NCBI RefSeq assembly: GCF_023055435.1
Contig: NW_025963890.1
Location: 23,746,001-23,810,000, forward strand
Length of the DNA stretch: 64,000 nucleotides
Direction: 5' to 3'
Source of the DNA: Haliotis rufescens
Lineage: Eukaryota
Below the pieces are notes generated by a model. That model did not search any database. It was not told the DNA's origin and was given only the letters and a program-made list of their open reading frames with translations. The position numbers and the translations under genes are program-made. Shown in pieces: positions 49,681 to 64,000 of this stretch (the stretch's first letter is position 1; each line of letters opens with the position of its first letter).

Positions 49681-50544
49681 TATTGATCTACACTCCCAAA
49701 GTCAAACACCTTCAAAACTGCAAAATCAAAACCATTATCTAATGAAATGCTTTTGAATATGACAACTCTTTTCTCTGAAGTTAATTTCTTCATCAATACT
49801 GATATTTGTTTTTTAAAAACTCTTGGCTGTGATGTAAGAGTCCGGAACTAATTATACAGAAGAAAGCACAATTGTTCTGGGACAACCAGGAAAGAAATAC
49901 TTCAAAGCAATTCAACTTCTTGCATCAACCCTGGCATTTGGTGGGCTGTTTATGTTGCCATGGGAATCCCTTCAGAAATGGAAGACTTTTGTGGGCGTAG
50001 ATAGAAAAAATGGCAATATCATCCACACTTCAGTATAAATTTGATCTTTGGTATTGCCATGGGAGATGGCGAACCATCAAGCACTTTCTGTTTGTGTGTT
50101 AATTGCATTTTACAATTGAGAGTATTAGATCAGGATAATACAGCTGTAGAGAGTAGAATGTGAACTGTAGACATGCTGTTTGTTGAATATGTATCAGCAT
50201 AAGTTGCATTAGGTCTATTGGTTTGTTAATTGCCATATTTGAAAGGGCTTGTAGGCTGTTGTCAGTTAGGATGAGACAGAACAATTGATGAGCAAGGAAG
50301 TATAAAAAATATTCCAGATATTATATAATTAAAAAATCCCGATTTATATGTACAAAGTCCATGAAAAGGCTTTCTTAAGCTTTAGAATACAAACCACAAA
50401 ACCTTTTCCATATTCACAAGAAATGATCTAAACCCACTTAGAACATCAATTGTTAATTGTGTATGTTCAGGTCCATCTGATATCCATGTTACAGAGACAT
50501 GAATAATTAAATTAAACACAGCATCTCCAGTTCTGCTTGGTACC

Positions 50545-53432
50545 AGTGTCTCCATCACCATCAGTAACATCTTACACTACAGTGTGTCTCCACCACCATC
50601 AGTAACACCTTACACTACAGTGTGCCTCCACTACTGTCAGTAACATCTTATACTACAGTGTGTCTCCACCACCATCAGTAACATCTTACACTACAGTGTG
50701 CCTCCACTACTGTCAGTAACATCTTACACTACAGTGTGCCTCCACTACTGTCAGTAACATCTTACACTACAGTGTGCCTCCACTACTGTCAGTAACATCT
50801 TACACTGCAGTGTGTCTCCACTACCATCAGTAACATCTTACACTGCAGTGTGTCTCCACTACTGTCAGTAACATCTTACACTACAGTGTGTCTCCACCAC
50901 CATCAGTAACATCTTACACTACAGTGTGTCTCCACCACCATCAGTAACATCTTACACTACAGTGTGTCTCCACCACCATCAGTAACACCTTACACTACAG
51001 TGTATCTCCACTACTGTCAGTAACATCTTACACTACAGTGTGTCTCCACCACCATCAGTAACATCTTACACTACAGTGTGTCTCCACTACTGTCAGTAAC
51101 ATCTTACACTACAGTGTGTCTCCACCACTGTCAGTAACATCTTACACTACAGTGTGTCTCCACCACCATCAGTAACATCTTAAACTACAGTGTGTCTCCA
51201 CCACCATCAGTAACATCTTACACGACAGTGTGTCTCCACTACTGTCAGTAACATCTTACACTGCAGTGTGTCTCCACCACCATCAGTAACATCTTACACT
51301 ACAGTGTGTCTCCACTACTGTCAGTAACATCTTACACTACAGTGTTTCTCCGCTACTGTCAGTAACATCTTACACTACAGTGTGTCTCCACTACTGTCAG
51401 TAACATCTTACACTACAGTGTATCTCCACTACCATCAGTAACATCTTACACTACAGTGTGTCTCCACTACTGTCAGTAACATCTTACACTACAGTGTGCC
51501 TCCACTACTGTCAGTAACATCTTACACTACAGTGTATCTCCACTACTGTCAGTAACATCTTACACTACAGTGTGCCTCCACTACTGTCAGTAACATCTTA
51601 CACTACAGTGTGTCTCCACCACCATCAGTAACATCTTACACTACAGTGTGTCTCCACTACTGTCAGTAACATCTTACACTACAGTGTGCCTCCACTACTG
51701 TCAGTAACATCTTACACTACAGTGTGTCCCCACGACCATCAGTAACATCTTACACGACAGTGTGTCTCCACTACTGTCAGTAACATCTTATACTACAGTG
51801 TGCCTCCACCACTGTCAGTAACATCTTACACTACAGTGTGCCTCCACTGCTGTCAGTAACATCTTGCACTACAGTGTGCCTCCACTACTGTCATTAACAT
51901 CTTACACTACATTGTGTCTCCACTACTGTCAGTAACATCTTACACTACAGTGTGCCTCCACTGCTGTCAGTAACATCTTCCACTACAGTGTGTCTCCACC
52001 ACCATCAGTAACATCTTACACTACAGTGTGTCTCCACTACGATCAGTAACATCTTATACTACAGTGTGTCTCCACTACTGTCAGTAACATCTTACACTTC
52101 AGTGTGTCTCCAGCACCATCAGTAACATCTTACACTACAGTGTGTCTCCACCACCATCAGTAACATCTTACACTACAGTGTGTCTCCACCACCATCAGTA
52201 ACACCTTACACTACAGTGTGTCTCCAGCACCATCAGTAACATCTTACACTACAGTGTGCCTCCACCACTGTCAGTAACATCTTACACTACAGTGTGTTTC
52301 CATTACTGTCAGTAACACCTTACACTACAGTGTATCTCCACTACCATCAGTAACATCTTACACTACAGTGTGCCTCCACTACTGTCAGTAACATCTTACG
52401 CTACAGTGTGTCTCCATCACCATCAGTAACATCTTCCACTACAGTGTGTCTCCACTACCATCAGTAACATCTTACACTACAGTGTGTCTCCATCACCATC
52501 AGTAACATCTTACACTACAGTGTGCCTCCACTACTGTCAGTAACATCTTACACTGCAGTGTGTCTCCACCACCATCAGTAACATCTTACACTACAGTGTG
52601 CCTCCACTACTGTCAGTAACATCTTCCACTACAGTGTGTCTCCACTACTGACAGTAACATCTTACACTATAGTGTGCCTCCACTACTGTCAGTAACATCT
52701 TACACTACAGTGTGTTTCCATTACTGTCAGTAACATCTTACACTACAGTGTGTCTCCACTACTGTCAGAAACATCTTACACTACAGTGTGCCTCCACTAC
52801 TGTCAGTAACATCTTACACTACAGTGTGCCTCCACTACTGTCAGAAACATCTTACACTACAGTGTGCCTCCACTACTGTCAGTAACATCTTACACTACAG
52901 TGTGCCTCCACTACTGTCAGTAACATCTTACACTACAGTGTGCCTCCACTACTGTCAGTAACATCTTACACTACAGTGTGTCTCTAGTACTGTCAGTAAC
53001 ATCTTACACTTCAGTGTGTCTCCACCACCATCAGTAACATCTTACACTACAGTGTGTTTCCATTACTGTCAGTAACATCTTATACTACAGTGTGTCTCCA
53101 CTACCATCAGTAACATCTTACACTACAGTGTGTCTCCACTACTGTCAGTAACATCTTACACTACAGTGTGCCTCCACTACTGTCAGTAACATCTTACACT
53201 ACAGTGTGTCTCTAGTACTGTCAGTAACATCTTACACTTCAGTGTGTCTCCACCACCATCAGTAACATCTTACACTACAGTGTGTTTCCATTACTGTCAG
53301 TAACATCTTATACTACAGTGTGTCTCCACTACCATCAGTAACATCTTACACTACAGTGTGTTTCCATTACTGTCAGTAACATCTTGTACTACAGTGTGTC
53401 TCCACTACCATCAGTAACATCTTACACTACAC
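50545..53432. repeat. 38-bp minisatellite (~76 copies)
   Basis: Unit ctacagtgtgtctccactactgtcagtaacatcttaca; two main variants (ctactgtc / ccaccatc). Confidence 0.95.
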
Positions 53433-54966
53433 TACACCATGTCAGCCATTATGGCCATGACTCAGCACCTTTCTGCCAAAATGTATTGAATATTTTTGTA
53501 TTTTTTGTTGGTAATGGAGCTGCTACAAATATGTTTATTGTGTGATATCTTAAATGTTTACCTTAATTTGACCTTCGCACTTCAACCATGGTCTAGTTTC
53601 CCTCAAATTGCGCTCCAGGCTGTGTCAACATCATCTACTCAGAAAGCACAGGATCAATGAAGTTTGAATTTTACAAGCTTGTTCCCACCAATAATGACGC
53701 ATGAATTTATTCAAGAGATCCAAAACCAATTTTCACTATGACACTATCTCTTTTAAACATATTAAGCAGTTGACAACACACCTATGTAAACCTTTAAGAC
53801 ATATTTTTTTCCATATTTGTCTGCACTAAACACTCTGCATTTTTGTTTGTATCAAATTTGGCATCTAACATTGTTTTGTGCCAGGCCAAACTTGAATTTG
53901 TATGTACCCAGTATGTATTCAGAGAACATTGTATTGTGTGGCTACAATCTTTCGTATAATAATGATGCTGATTATGTAAATTGTTAACAAAGTATGAACA
54001 CTGTGGCTGTTACATAGTACAAGTAATCCAGGAAGCAGTTCTGGTACAGTGACAAATTTCAGTTTCATTTTCATGGGCTCGGTACATCACAATATTGTCA
54101 AACCACATCAGCATGAGCTTTGTCTAATTCATACTGGAAGGAAATCAATATTCTAATCTGCCCTCATTTACCTTGCCAACTCCCACACAACATAGTTATT
54201 GTCGTATATCACTAGTTAAAGAACCATGTTGGATATCCCAAATAACCAGGAGACTCTTCCTAAAATACCCTTCTGATGTAATTGTTCAGTTTGTATTCAC
54301 AAATGTTATCCATCACTGATAATGAAAGGGGTCCAGATCAGAAACTTACTATGAGGTAATGCTGATGATGCCATGTTCTAGTGACTGCAGCCACTTCAAT
54401 CCTGTGTTGGACCTCACAACTCCACCCACCCATTGCATCCTACCACCACATCACACAAGCTTCCATTGGTCAAAGAATATGCATGGCCAGGTGACAGGTG
54501 TGCCTGCAGGATCATCTCCTAATCCCCTGTGTCTACAGGATACAGAAGGGCTAGAAATGTAACCATAACAACCTCAAATACTTTGATAGTGTCAGTTGAA
54601 AGTTGTGAGCTTTTGCGCAGACCCATTATTCCAGGGAGATGTGTGCCCTGTTTTGTGTGGAGAAATCAATAGCCCTGTTCCATTGACTAAGCAGAGTAAG
54701 TAAAGACAGAAGGCTTATCGCTTGCAGGGGGGCACTACACTTACTGGAACAGCAAGTCCATGAATTATGTACGTACGTTGGTAATGCTTGATTCCTACAC
54801 ATGGCTCTGCAGTGGCCCAGAGTGAATCAGTGAGGGAAGCGGTTGGCATCGTTTCTCTGGCATCGCTACAGCACAGGACGGTTGTACACACACAGCCAGA
54901 GCTGTGACAGTCAGTGAGGTTGGTCTGTTGCACATGGATCTACTTTAGAGGGACACTACAATAAGG

Positions 54967-55045
54967 ATGGCTTTGATACTGCACCTCAAATATGCAGAAA
55001 ATTTACGGGGGAAAGCGGATCGCCTTGCCAAAGTATCATTCCGAG
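54967..55045 (+). CDS. OTOF: Otoferlin (ferlin family) first coding exon, start of C2A domain
   Basis: MALILHLKYAENLRGKADRLAKVSFRG followed by G|gtgagt. Closely matches the vertebrate otoferlin N-terminus [27 protein letters not shown], with the same 79-nt phase-1 exon end (recalled from memory). Not in the ORF track; exon 2 not found in the window. Confidence 0.85.
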
Positions 55046-56909
55046 GTGAGTGAGGTTAATCTGTTCAATTTGTCACATTGATTTTCAAAATCTCTCCATC
55101 TGAAAGATAGCTGTGACAATTTGATCATGCAGAGTGATATTTGTTGTCATGGACATGTTTTTGCATGTGGTTTTCATTGGCATTTACATGTCATATGTGA
55201 AAGAAATATATGTTGGATACAAACATGTAACCAGATTCTTAATTCTTAGTAAAGGATTTGATCATTGAGGTGGAATGCATGTTTAAGTCAATGATAATGT
55301 GCACACAATAATAATTATATTGTACGCTGTCAGATTATGTGGAATATAAGTGATACAAGCTTTTGCATTTTGGTCAGATATCTGTGTACTTTCGTGAGAG
55401 ATTATTGTTGTTGCCCTGTGCTGATTTGCTTCAGCAAGCTTTGTCTAAGGGTGTCTGACAATAGGTGAAGTTTGTGTTACACCTGTAATGGTATACGTGC
55501 TATGTGTTCCGCTTCTTTGAGCACATTATCATGAAATACTTCCTGATCTGGTCTTTAGCATCTGACAGTCAGCATGTAGATGGTGAAACATGCTCAGACT
55601 TAATCTTTTTCAGCATATTTTTATTGATCTCAAATCACAATGCCTAAGTCATTTTTACATATTTCTTAGTTATTTATAATTGGTAGTTATTTTACAAATA
55701 ATAGAAATAACTGGATATCATGTGTGCACAAATATTTCCTAACATCACTTTCTTATACACATAAATCCATTTTATGATATTATTTAACATAAATGTTTAA
55801 ATGGTAATCACACTGTTACTGGTGGGAGCAGTTGTGATGTACGAATCACCTACCACCATTCTGCTTTGATCCCCCTATATCACTTAGGCTGCTAACACAA
55901 GAACCTTAGCCAGTGTCAAAGGCGGTATTGGTTAGCTTTGAGTTACTGACCTGGAAGATTAAAATGTTGGTTGTTTTTCATGAAAATAGAATTTGTTACA
56001 GAAAATTGCCATCGGAGAGAAATGAGTATTCCCTTAGAGACCAGTATTGTAATATGTGCCTCACAATATTGAGATATGCTACCTTTTTTAACCATCTTTG
56101 GTTAATGCTTCACAAAAGAGAAATTGCACATCACATCCTATTTAATACATGGGGTAATTGAAATCATTGGAAGAATATTAAGCAGTGCCTCTGAGATGAA
56201 CATTATGTGCTGTTGAAGCTAAGGATCAGAAGTAAAAAATGTCATCATACCCCTAGTGCAAGAAGACTATGCCATCTGGATCCAACCTTTTGGAATGGTG
56301 TACACATGTAGATAGACATGCATACCATCACATGAATCTTTCAATAATACAAACACCTGATAAAGTGGTTCTATTTCAAAGGTTTACAATTGAAGTGAGT
56401 GCAACACTGACAGCCAGTGTGATGGGTTTGTAAGTACTCGTATGTCATGTTATTTCCCATGTGTATTATTAGTTGAGTCACACAGCTCTCTCAGTATTAT
56501 CTTCATGTAGGATGTCTTTTAGAGAATATTATCAAATTCTTTATTTGGCTCACATTTCTATTGTGCAAAGTTGTGAAAGAGTATAGTAACTTATGTGGTA
56601 CCGATATCTTTCTAGAACCTATTCCCTTGGGTGCTGTAATGTTGTATCTATTGCACCTATTATTGATTCTGCATTCAATGCTATCCTCAGCAGAATATAT
56701 ATGTCATGAACATTTAATATGATTATTGGAAAGCATCTAATTCAGAGACATCAGTACAAGTTTCCTGTTGTTTGAATCATCAAAGTTATTTTTAACATAT
56801 ACCAGGATCGTTTTCTTCATTTGATGGTGAAATGATCAGTGTCTGTGTATTTGACATCATAATAATCACCATACATTTCCAAGACAGATTTGAACTTTTT
56901 TGTAGAAAG

Positions 56910-57341
56910 TAGGGCTGGGACAAATCCTAATGTACTACCCAGGTACCCGATACCCTATTACCCAACCCTACTGGGTACCCACATGTAGGTCTCAAGACTT
57001 TTGTTCAAAACGTCCGAATGGAAATTGTTTTACCACAGCCCTAAATACACTAAATCTATTTAGATATACATAAGAAATGATCTGATCATGAATGCACTGA
57101 AGTTGACTGAAGCTTCATCTGTTACTATATTAAAGTCAGTAGGAATGCATGCATAGTCAGAAAGAAATGCAAACATTAGCAACTTGTAGTGTAAACATGG
57201 AGGTTTATTGTTATTGGCGTTAAACAATATATCACATGACTAATATAGTGACTAACCATGGGTCCAGGTAGTTGTGTGGGTACCCGGGTCCTACTCAGGA
57301 CCTACCTGACCCAAGTACCCGAGTTACTTCTCCCAGCTGTA
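56910..57341. mobile_element. hAT-like MITE
   Basis: TIR tagggctggga / tcccagctgta; subterminal tacccg repeats; degenerate 8-bp TSD gtagaaag/gaagaaat; second copy starts at 63942. Confidence 0.65.
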
Positions 57342-60301
57342 GAAGAAATTTTTAAAGTTCTTCATACACCCTTGTCATGAGAGAAGCAGGGCAACCCCAT
57401 TCTTGTTAATGCTCAAGTATGATATGGAACTATAGTTGGCGGAATGGAATATAAAAGTTAAAATCAAGATTTTGTAATGAAGATTATTTTTTCCTCTGAT
57501 GGAGGAAAAGGTCATATAATGACGCAATGATACATTGCTAATGAGTTCTGCTGAATGCCAGGAACATGTACTGGAAATGACATACCAAACATTCTCTCCA
57601 TCAAGTCCCTCTAGCAGTCAGCACCGTTGCTGTACTGCAGTATGCACATGGTAGTTTCAACAAGGGAGTCTCCAGCTGAAATAAAGGTGCTGTCAAATAT
57701 TGAATATTGTGTTATTAAGCACATGGCTCTCTAGGCAGTTCTAGATGAATAAGTCGGACACTCACAGCCAGTGTCAGCAAAAACAGATTGTGTTTTGTCA
57801 GATGAAAGCAGCAGGGGTTTGTATCATGTACGTTCAAAGATTTCAGGGCATTCTGCTTGTATAATAATTCATGTGTTGAAGAAATAATGAAATGATAGGT
57901 TGACGTTAACTCAATTTCAGCATACCCTCCCTCACACAATGCAGCCATTGCAGAGATATCAAACTAAACATGCTTATTCCATGGTTCAATCAGTGCTGTG
58001 TAGTATGACATTCACCAAATAGTCCCAATGAAATTGATAATAATGCTATTCATCCTTATCCCTAAAGGTTTTTAGAAACACAACACTTCTAAGCTAAGGT
58101 GATATTTAAATTGGATTGAACCAAGTTTTGAAACTGTATATTGTAAGTCTTATATGGATATGGAACAATTGTTTTTACATAGTATCATTATTCCCAGCAC
58201 CTGGTAAAACACATAAGTTGTTCCTGAATATCAGATACGTTTATTATTTATTTCTCAAAGGGGATATGAACTGATGATGACAGATCAAGAAATTGATGTA
58301 TTTGTCATACTTGTGTTTCTGTTCCCTTGTTTCATATGTGACAGCAGTATACGCTGGATAACAACATGTAACCAGATTCTACTAATTTGCTTGTCAAGAA
58401 TCGTTGTTGCATCAAACAGATAATTATAATTTCCATGCAGATAATATCCAACCTTTCAAGGTCACTAAGAAGATACATACATGCATTCTTCCAATGTGAC
58501 CTTTATGCTGGCAAGACAAATACTGCTATAGGCGACTCTTGTCATTTGGAAACACAGGAAAACATTCTGGCCTCATTTAATAAATGGTTTCCACTGGCAA
58601 TATTGCACTCAAATTACAGTATCAGCAAGAAAGGGCTTAAATATGCAATGAAAAAACAAAAAATATAATATTTGTTAGAGATTCATAATTTTATTAATCA
58701 TATCTTGTTTAAAACATGTTGCTACATGGAAATTGTGCCACATATCTTTTCATTTAATCAATGTGATATAAGTATGACAATACTGCTGAGTTGTTCTTTG
58801 TGAGTTTCACTGAGTTTCATTTTGCTGGTCTTACAATCTGATATGGCAAATGAACATGTTAAGGCAATTTTGTCAATAAACTGTCAACTGAGTCAGGCTG
58901 ACTTTCCTAAAGCAATCCTTCAATATGGACCATGAGATCACTTCCCTGGTAGATGCTCCTAAAGTTCTAATGTTTAATTCAGATGTTATAAAGTTCAGTG
59001 TGAAAAAGTGGATATTCTGTGTATGTGTATAATAAGTGAATTATCCCCATCTCCATACTAATATGATATTTAGTCAGCTGTACATCAACGTCACTGTGAT
59101 GCTAGTCCTGTATTGTCAAACAAGCAATGCTTAAGGAATTGTTTTAGATATACAATGCGTATGCATAATGTATTTAGTGATTTCCAGCCTTCAGCCTGAG
59201 AAACTATTGTTGACATTTCACTTTCAACTTGAGTGTAATCAATAACTCTTCATATTGTAATCTAGCTAGTTCACCAATTATGGTGCAGTAATAAGCGAAA
59301 GATATTTAGTTAATGATTCCCAGCAAGTTGCCAATTACCACTTCCAGCTAGGCCATGGAGCTGTGCGTTAGGTGTACAGTTGTGAATCTGCCTTATGCTG
59401 GCAGTGTTAAGTGGATTACTGTACAGCACCTAATGAAGATTCATCTGTCTCAGACACAGACAATCCCCTGGTGACCTCAGGCTTCATTGTACACCAGCAT
59501 GTCAGTCATTAATAACTCACAGCCATTCATCCTAATGCACGTGAAATACTGCCACACATACCTGGTTGAGCACCTGTTTATACCTCCAGGCAATGTTGAC
59601 TGTTGGGACGGAATTGACATTTGGACCATTCATCCTACTGGCACATTTGACTTTTACTGCCAAAGCTAGTTATCCTTGAAGCGACTAAGTAGTTTATATG
59701 ACGTAGAATGTACATCTGTTAGAGCTCCAACTGTTTATGAGCCTGTAGGGTTATCAAAGATTAACTGGTATAGTGGTATAGACCTACTTAATGAGCTTAA
59801 TAAATGTTATGTTCTACAAATGGTCAGGCATGTTGTAAGAGGAGAATGTGTTCACTGTTAGTTAGTTAGTAACTTAAGACACAATTTGTTTGTGTAATGG
59901 CACTGCACTTACATATAATCTCCCGGAGTAACTGGTGGCTGCATATTGTCAAGTGGGAAGTGTAAGATATGCTTTATTCCCTGCCATAAGTCACTGAACA
60001 ATGTAGTTATATTTAGGACATGCATTTAGAGCATTTTTATAATTGAGGTAAGTAAACATTCAACAGGCTTACTTTGAAGTCATTGGTCATCCAATTTACA
60101 GTTTGATAAAAAATGTCCGATTATCAAACTACGTTTGGTGTCATGAGAATTAGTGTTACATTTGACTCTCACATTAAGCAGAGGCTGAAGGTATTTGTTG
60201 TGTAAATACAACCAGTGATGCTGGCTACTACAGTTCATAAGACGTGAGTGGAGGAACCCTGTGTACACAATACCCGGTACCTAACCTCACAGTGTGTGTC
60301 A

Positions 60302-60946
60302 ACTCTTGAAACTACAAGCATGAATAGATGGTTATATATGGTATAGTGTCACATGTACACTCCAAGACTCTTGAAACTACAAGCATGAATAGATGGTTAT
60401 ATATGGTATAGTGTCACATGCACACTCCAAGACATTTTAACTACAAGCATGAATAGATGGTTATATATGTTATAGTGTCACATGCACACTCCAAGACTCT
60501 TGAAACTACAAGCATGAACAGATAGTTATATATGGTATAGTGTCACATGCACGCTCCAAGACTCTTGAAACTACAAGCATGAATAGATGGTTATATGTGG
60601 TATAGTGTCACATGCACGCTCCAAGACTCTTGAAACTACAAGCATGAATAGATGGTTATTTCTGGTATAGTGTCACATGCACACTGCAAGACTCTTGAAA
60701 CTACAAGCATGAATAGATGGTTATGTATGGTATAGTGTCACATGCACACTGCAAGACTCTTGAAACTACAAGCATGAATAGATGGTTATATGTGGTATAG
60801 TGTCACATGCACGCTCCAAGACTCTTGAAACTACAAGCATGAATAGATGGTTATTTCTGGTATAGTGTCACATGCACACTGCAAGACTCTTGAAACTACA
60901 AGCATGAATAGATGGTTATGTATGGTATAGTGTCACATGCACACTT
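60302..60946. repeat. 65-bp minisatellite (~10 copies)
   Basis: Unit actcttgaaactacaagcatgaatagatggttatatatggtatagtgtcacatgcacactccaag. Confidence 0.93.
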
Positions 60947-61699
60947 TAAGCAACATGCATGAGTAAGATGTATGATGTGTAAAATGTTTTTGAGAACATT
61001 TTCCACTCACTGGCCTGCAATGAAACATGTTATTGTTCATCAGTGAAGTGTGAACACTTAACAATTGCTTTGCCAGGCTATTTCTTTACACTGCCAGTGG
61101 CTTTAGGTGTGTTGTTTCAGTTGCAAGTGAGTGACATAGACAAACACATGTGGCTCAGTCAGGAGTGATATTGACACTAAAATGCAAATCATGGTTCAAT
61201 GAAAGGAGGTTAATGTGTATTTTAATCAAAGAAACACATTGGTTTTTTTTGTTAATGATGTAGGTTAATCTAACATATCATTTTAAAGCTAATTTGATTT
61301 ACATAATGGGTTCTTGTAGTTTTATATCATGTTCAAGACACAATCTGTAGAAAATGTACTTGTTAATGAAGCAGTATATGTGTGAAGTTGCCCACAACCT
61401 TGGATGTATGATCTAGGATTATGGATCTTGTTGAAAAAGATATTTAAGGCTTTTACTCCGCCATTTTTGTTCAAAATGTGATACATTTGGTATGGTTGTA
61501 GTTAGTTGTCAGGCTGAACAGACATGTTCCGTTTTTTACAATGTTTTGAATTTGGATCTTTATTTGACCTTGCACTTTGACAATGCTCTAAAAATCTCTC
61601 AAAGTGCATTTCCTCTCTTAAAACCTTGTCTCAAAAGAAACTACTGGACATTGAAGCTGAAACCAATGATGAGACCTGATCTGGTTCAAGAGGGTCAGA

Positions 61700-61853
61700 T
61701 GTGTGAACTGTGAAGTCCATTTCTGGTGTTCTCCATCGTGAATAGTGCTAAAAGCGGTGTAATATCAAACTCATTCACTCACTCACTCACTCACAGACTC
61801 ACTCACTTACTCACTCATTCACTCACTCACTCACTCACTCACTCACTCACTCA
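61700..61853 (+). mobile_element. 3' fragment of SINE family A with expanded (ACTC)n tail
   Basis: ccatttctggtgt...gctaaaagcggtgtaa plus (actc)n; flanking direct repeat tcaagagggt(c/t)agat. Confidence 0.7.
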
Positions 61854-63941
61854 AGAGGGTTAGATCCACTTTTCAATATGGCCACTACAGCTGCCATTTT
61901 GAAAAATCTCTTAATGACCATTACTCAGCCATTTTTGTACAAGATGTATGAAATTTGGTGTTTGTTTAGATTGTTGTGGGATTCATCCCTTGTATTCCAT
62001 TTTAACAATACTAATTTCGACCTATTTTTTAACCATGATCTTAAATTCTCTCAAAATGCATATTTTGCTCTGTGAACCTGGTAGAGAAGTTCTCTGAAGT
62101 TGTCAGCCTGAGGGAGCTGAACATTGGCATATATATGTTTGAATCCTGAGAATTTATTGTCAGTTTGTCCTCATTATTCAACAATTTATACAGAAATATA
62201 TTTGAATATGAATGTGGACAGCATGTTTTGTTAGTGTTTATCCTGGAGAGCTTCAGTGCCGTGGCGCTATTTTTTGGTTTGTCCAGTGATCTGGCTGGTC
62301 AGGCATTGATTTTCCACAGCCTTGAGCACTTAGGCTTAAACAAGCCCCCTCTCCTCCCCACCCTCACACACTAACACACACCAACACACACACCAACACA
62401 CACACACCAACACACACACTTATGCACCAGTACAGAATGGTGGCAGTACCCTAGAGCATCTGGCAATACCCTAGGTAGTATTAAACATTTTTTGTTCTGT
62501 TTAGGAGAACTTGATTCTAGCCCATTCTCATTCATGCATTAGTTAGGTGTACTATATAACCCATGTCCCTATGGACTCAGACCTATCTGTTGTCTTCAGG
62601 CATGTTCCCAGCTCACCCATTCAATGCGCCCTTTCCCAATACTATTTATTCTGTCTGTTGCCAAGTATTTCATAAGCATGTTTGCAAACAGTTGTGGGTG
62701 ATGGCATTTCACAGTACAAAGTAATTCTCTATTTTTAGATCAATTCATATGAAAATTGAAATTTATTGCATGTTGCATCAGCCAATGTTATGGTGGCATA
62801 TTTTGCATCAGCAGTCATTTGTTAAATGGGTGTGCTCCCTTGAGAGCCTGCATGAGCTCTGCCTATTTACTTGTGGTAAAGAGATAGCAGTGTAAATGGC
62901 TGGAACACACAGCAGTAATCACTTTACACCATGTAATTATCTTTGGGAGAAAACTATTATCTATCACCTTTCTTTGGAAAGTGCTTTAGGCCTACTATAA
63001 CAGATAGGCTCAAGTATGGTTTATTTGGTCTTTCTAATACTTTCGAGATCCCCCTAAGTGGTTGGTTTGTAAATTATTCAAATATCACTCTAAAGGTCAA
63101 TTCTGCAGCAGTAAGACTGTATCAAATATCATTGCACTCAGCTGTTTCACTGCCTTAGGCAATCATAGATTCTACCTGCAACTTATTAATAATTGACATA
63201 TATGTACCTAGTCTTCATGTCCAGGTGATAATTGTCAATGCTGTAATTAGATGATAGGCCTGTACTGGGTGACTCTCAACAGAACATTTTGCCTCTGGTC
63301 TGAGGTATTATTCAGAGGCTTCTAGTCAGCCATATTTGATGATGGGAATATGATATGTCATACCTAACACAAATGAGATTCAAGATGAACAGTTCTTGTT
63401 GAGACTGATACTGTACGTACAGTGTGCAACTTCCTCTTGAGACTCCATTGGGCGTCACAGTACCTTGACAACCACAAACATTGGAAGCAATATTGAAAAA
63501 TCCATAACCAACAATTTAACTCTAATGTTAAAGGATTGATTATCGAAAGGTTTGAAGCATGTTTATGGAACAACACTGCTCCAGTACAATAATAACATCA
63601 CACTTCAAATTAAGATATGAACATTAATCGTTGCAGTGTTTCGCACATGCATTTTTCCTTTGTGTATGTTTGTTGAGTCAATGCTTGCAAAAGCATATAT
63701 CTTTCCATGCTGTCTGTCTGTCATGGAACAACAAATCCCTCCTCTCCATGTGTGTTACCAGCCCTGGAGTGGTTCAGAGATCATGCAGGCAGTACATGGG
63801 AATACAGGGCTAAATAACTGATACATGCTTCCTACAAGTCATTGAGTTTGATGTGAGACACAAGCAGGGGCATCTCCAGTGTTTCCCATGTAGGGACTGC
63901 CATTGAAATCATATGCATCTTGTCAGAAATAACATCTCAAG

Positions 63942-64000
63942 TAGGGCTGGGACAAGTCCAAATTTACTACCCGTGTACCTGATCCCCTATTACCTGACCC
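63942..64000. mobile_element. hAT-like MITE, left end, cut by the window edge
   Basis: tagggctgggacaagtccaaatttactacccg matches 56910. Confidence 0.6.

Noticed and set aside
55046-64000. Otoferlin exon 2 candidates
   Set aside because: The AG-flanked segments inspected (e.g. ~59371, ~62600) do not give C2A-like sequence; the exon is probably beyond the window.

Overview
Eukaryotic (invertebrate, most likely marine mollusc/gastropod; taxon is inference) genomic window. It is intron- and repeat-rich, and most long ORFs in the track are artefacts of tandem repeats. Left half (2.1-32.6 kb, minus strand): a head-to-tail cluster of three paralogous multi-exon genes, each encoding a ~200-225 aa signal peptide + single Reeler domain + hydrophobic (GPI-signal-like) tail (putative defense protein / FRRS1-N-terminal-like), with conserved intron phases 0-1-0-2. 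Right half: CpG-poor DNA containing the first coding exon of otoferlin (54967-55045, + strand). Mobile DNA includes two Tc1 elements, an internally deleted mariner, four non-autonomous AcademH-like elements carrying a RecQ-helicase remnant, hAT-like MITEs, LINE and Penelope-like RT remnants, three SINE-like families sharing one 3' tail, and about ten minisatellites. The most unusual structure is the last intron of Reeler gene A. Its 5' splice site is tandemly amplified ~35x as an in-frame, stop-free 75-bp unit, and its 3' splice site is amplified ~8x as a 40-bp unit.
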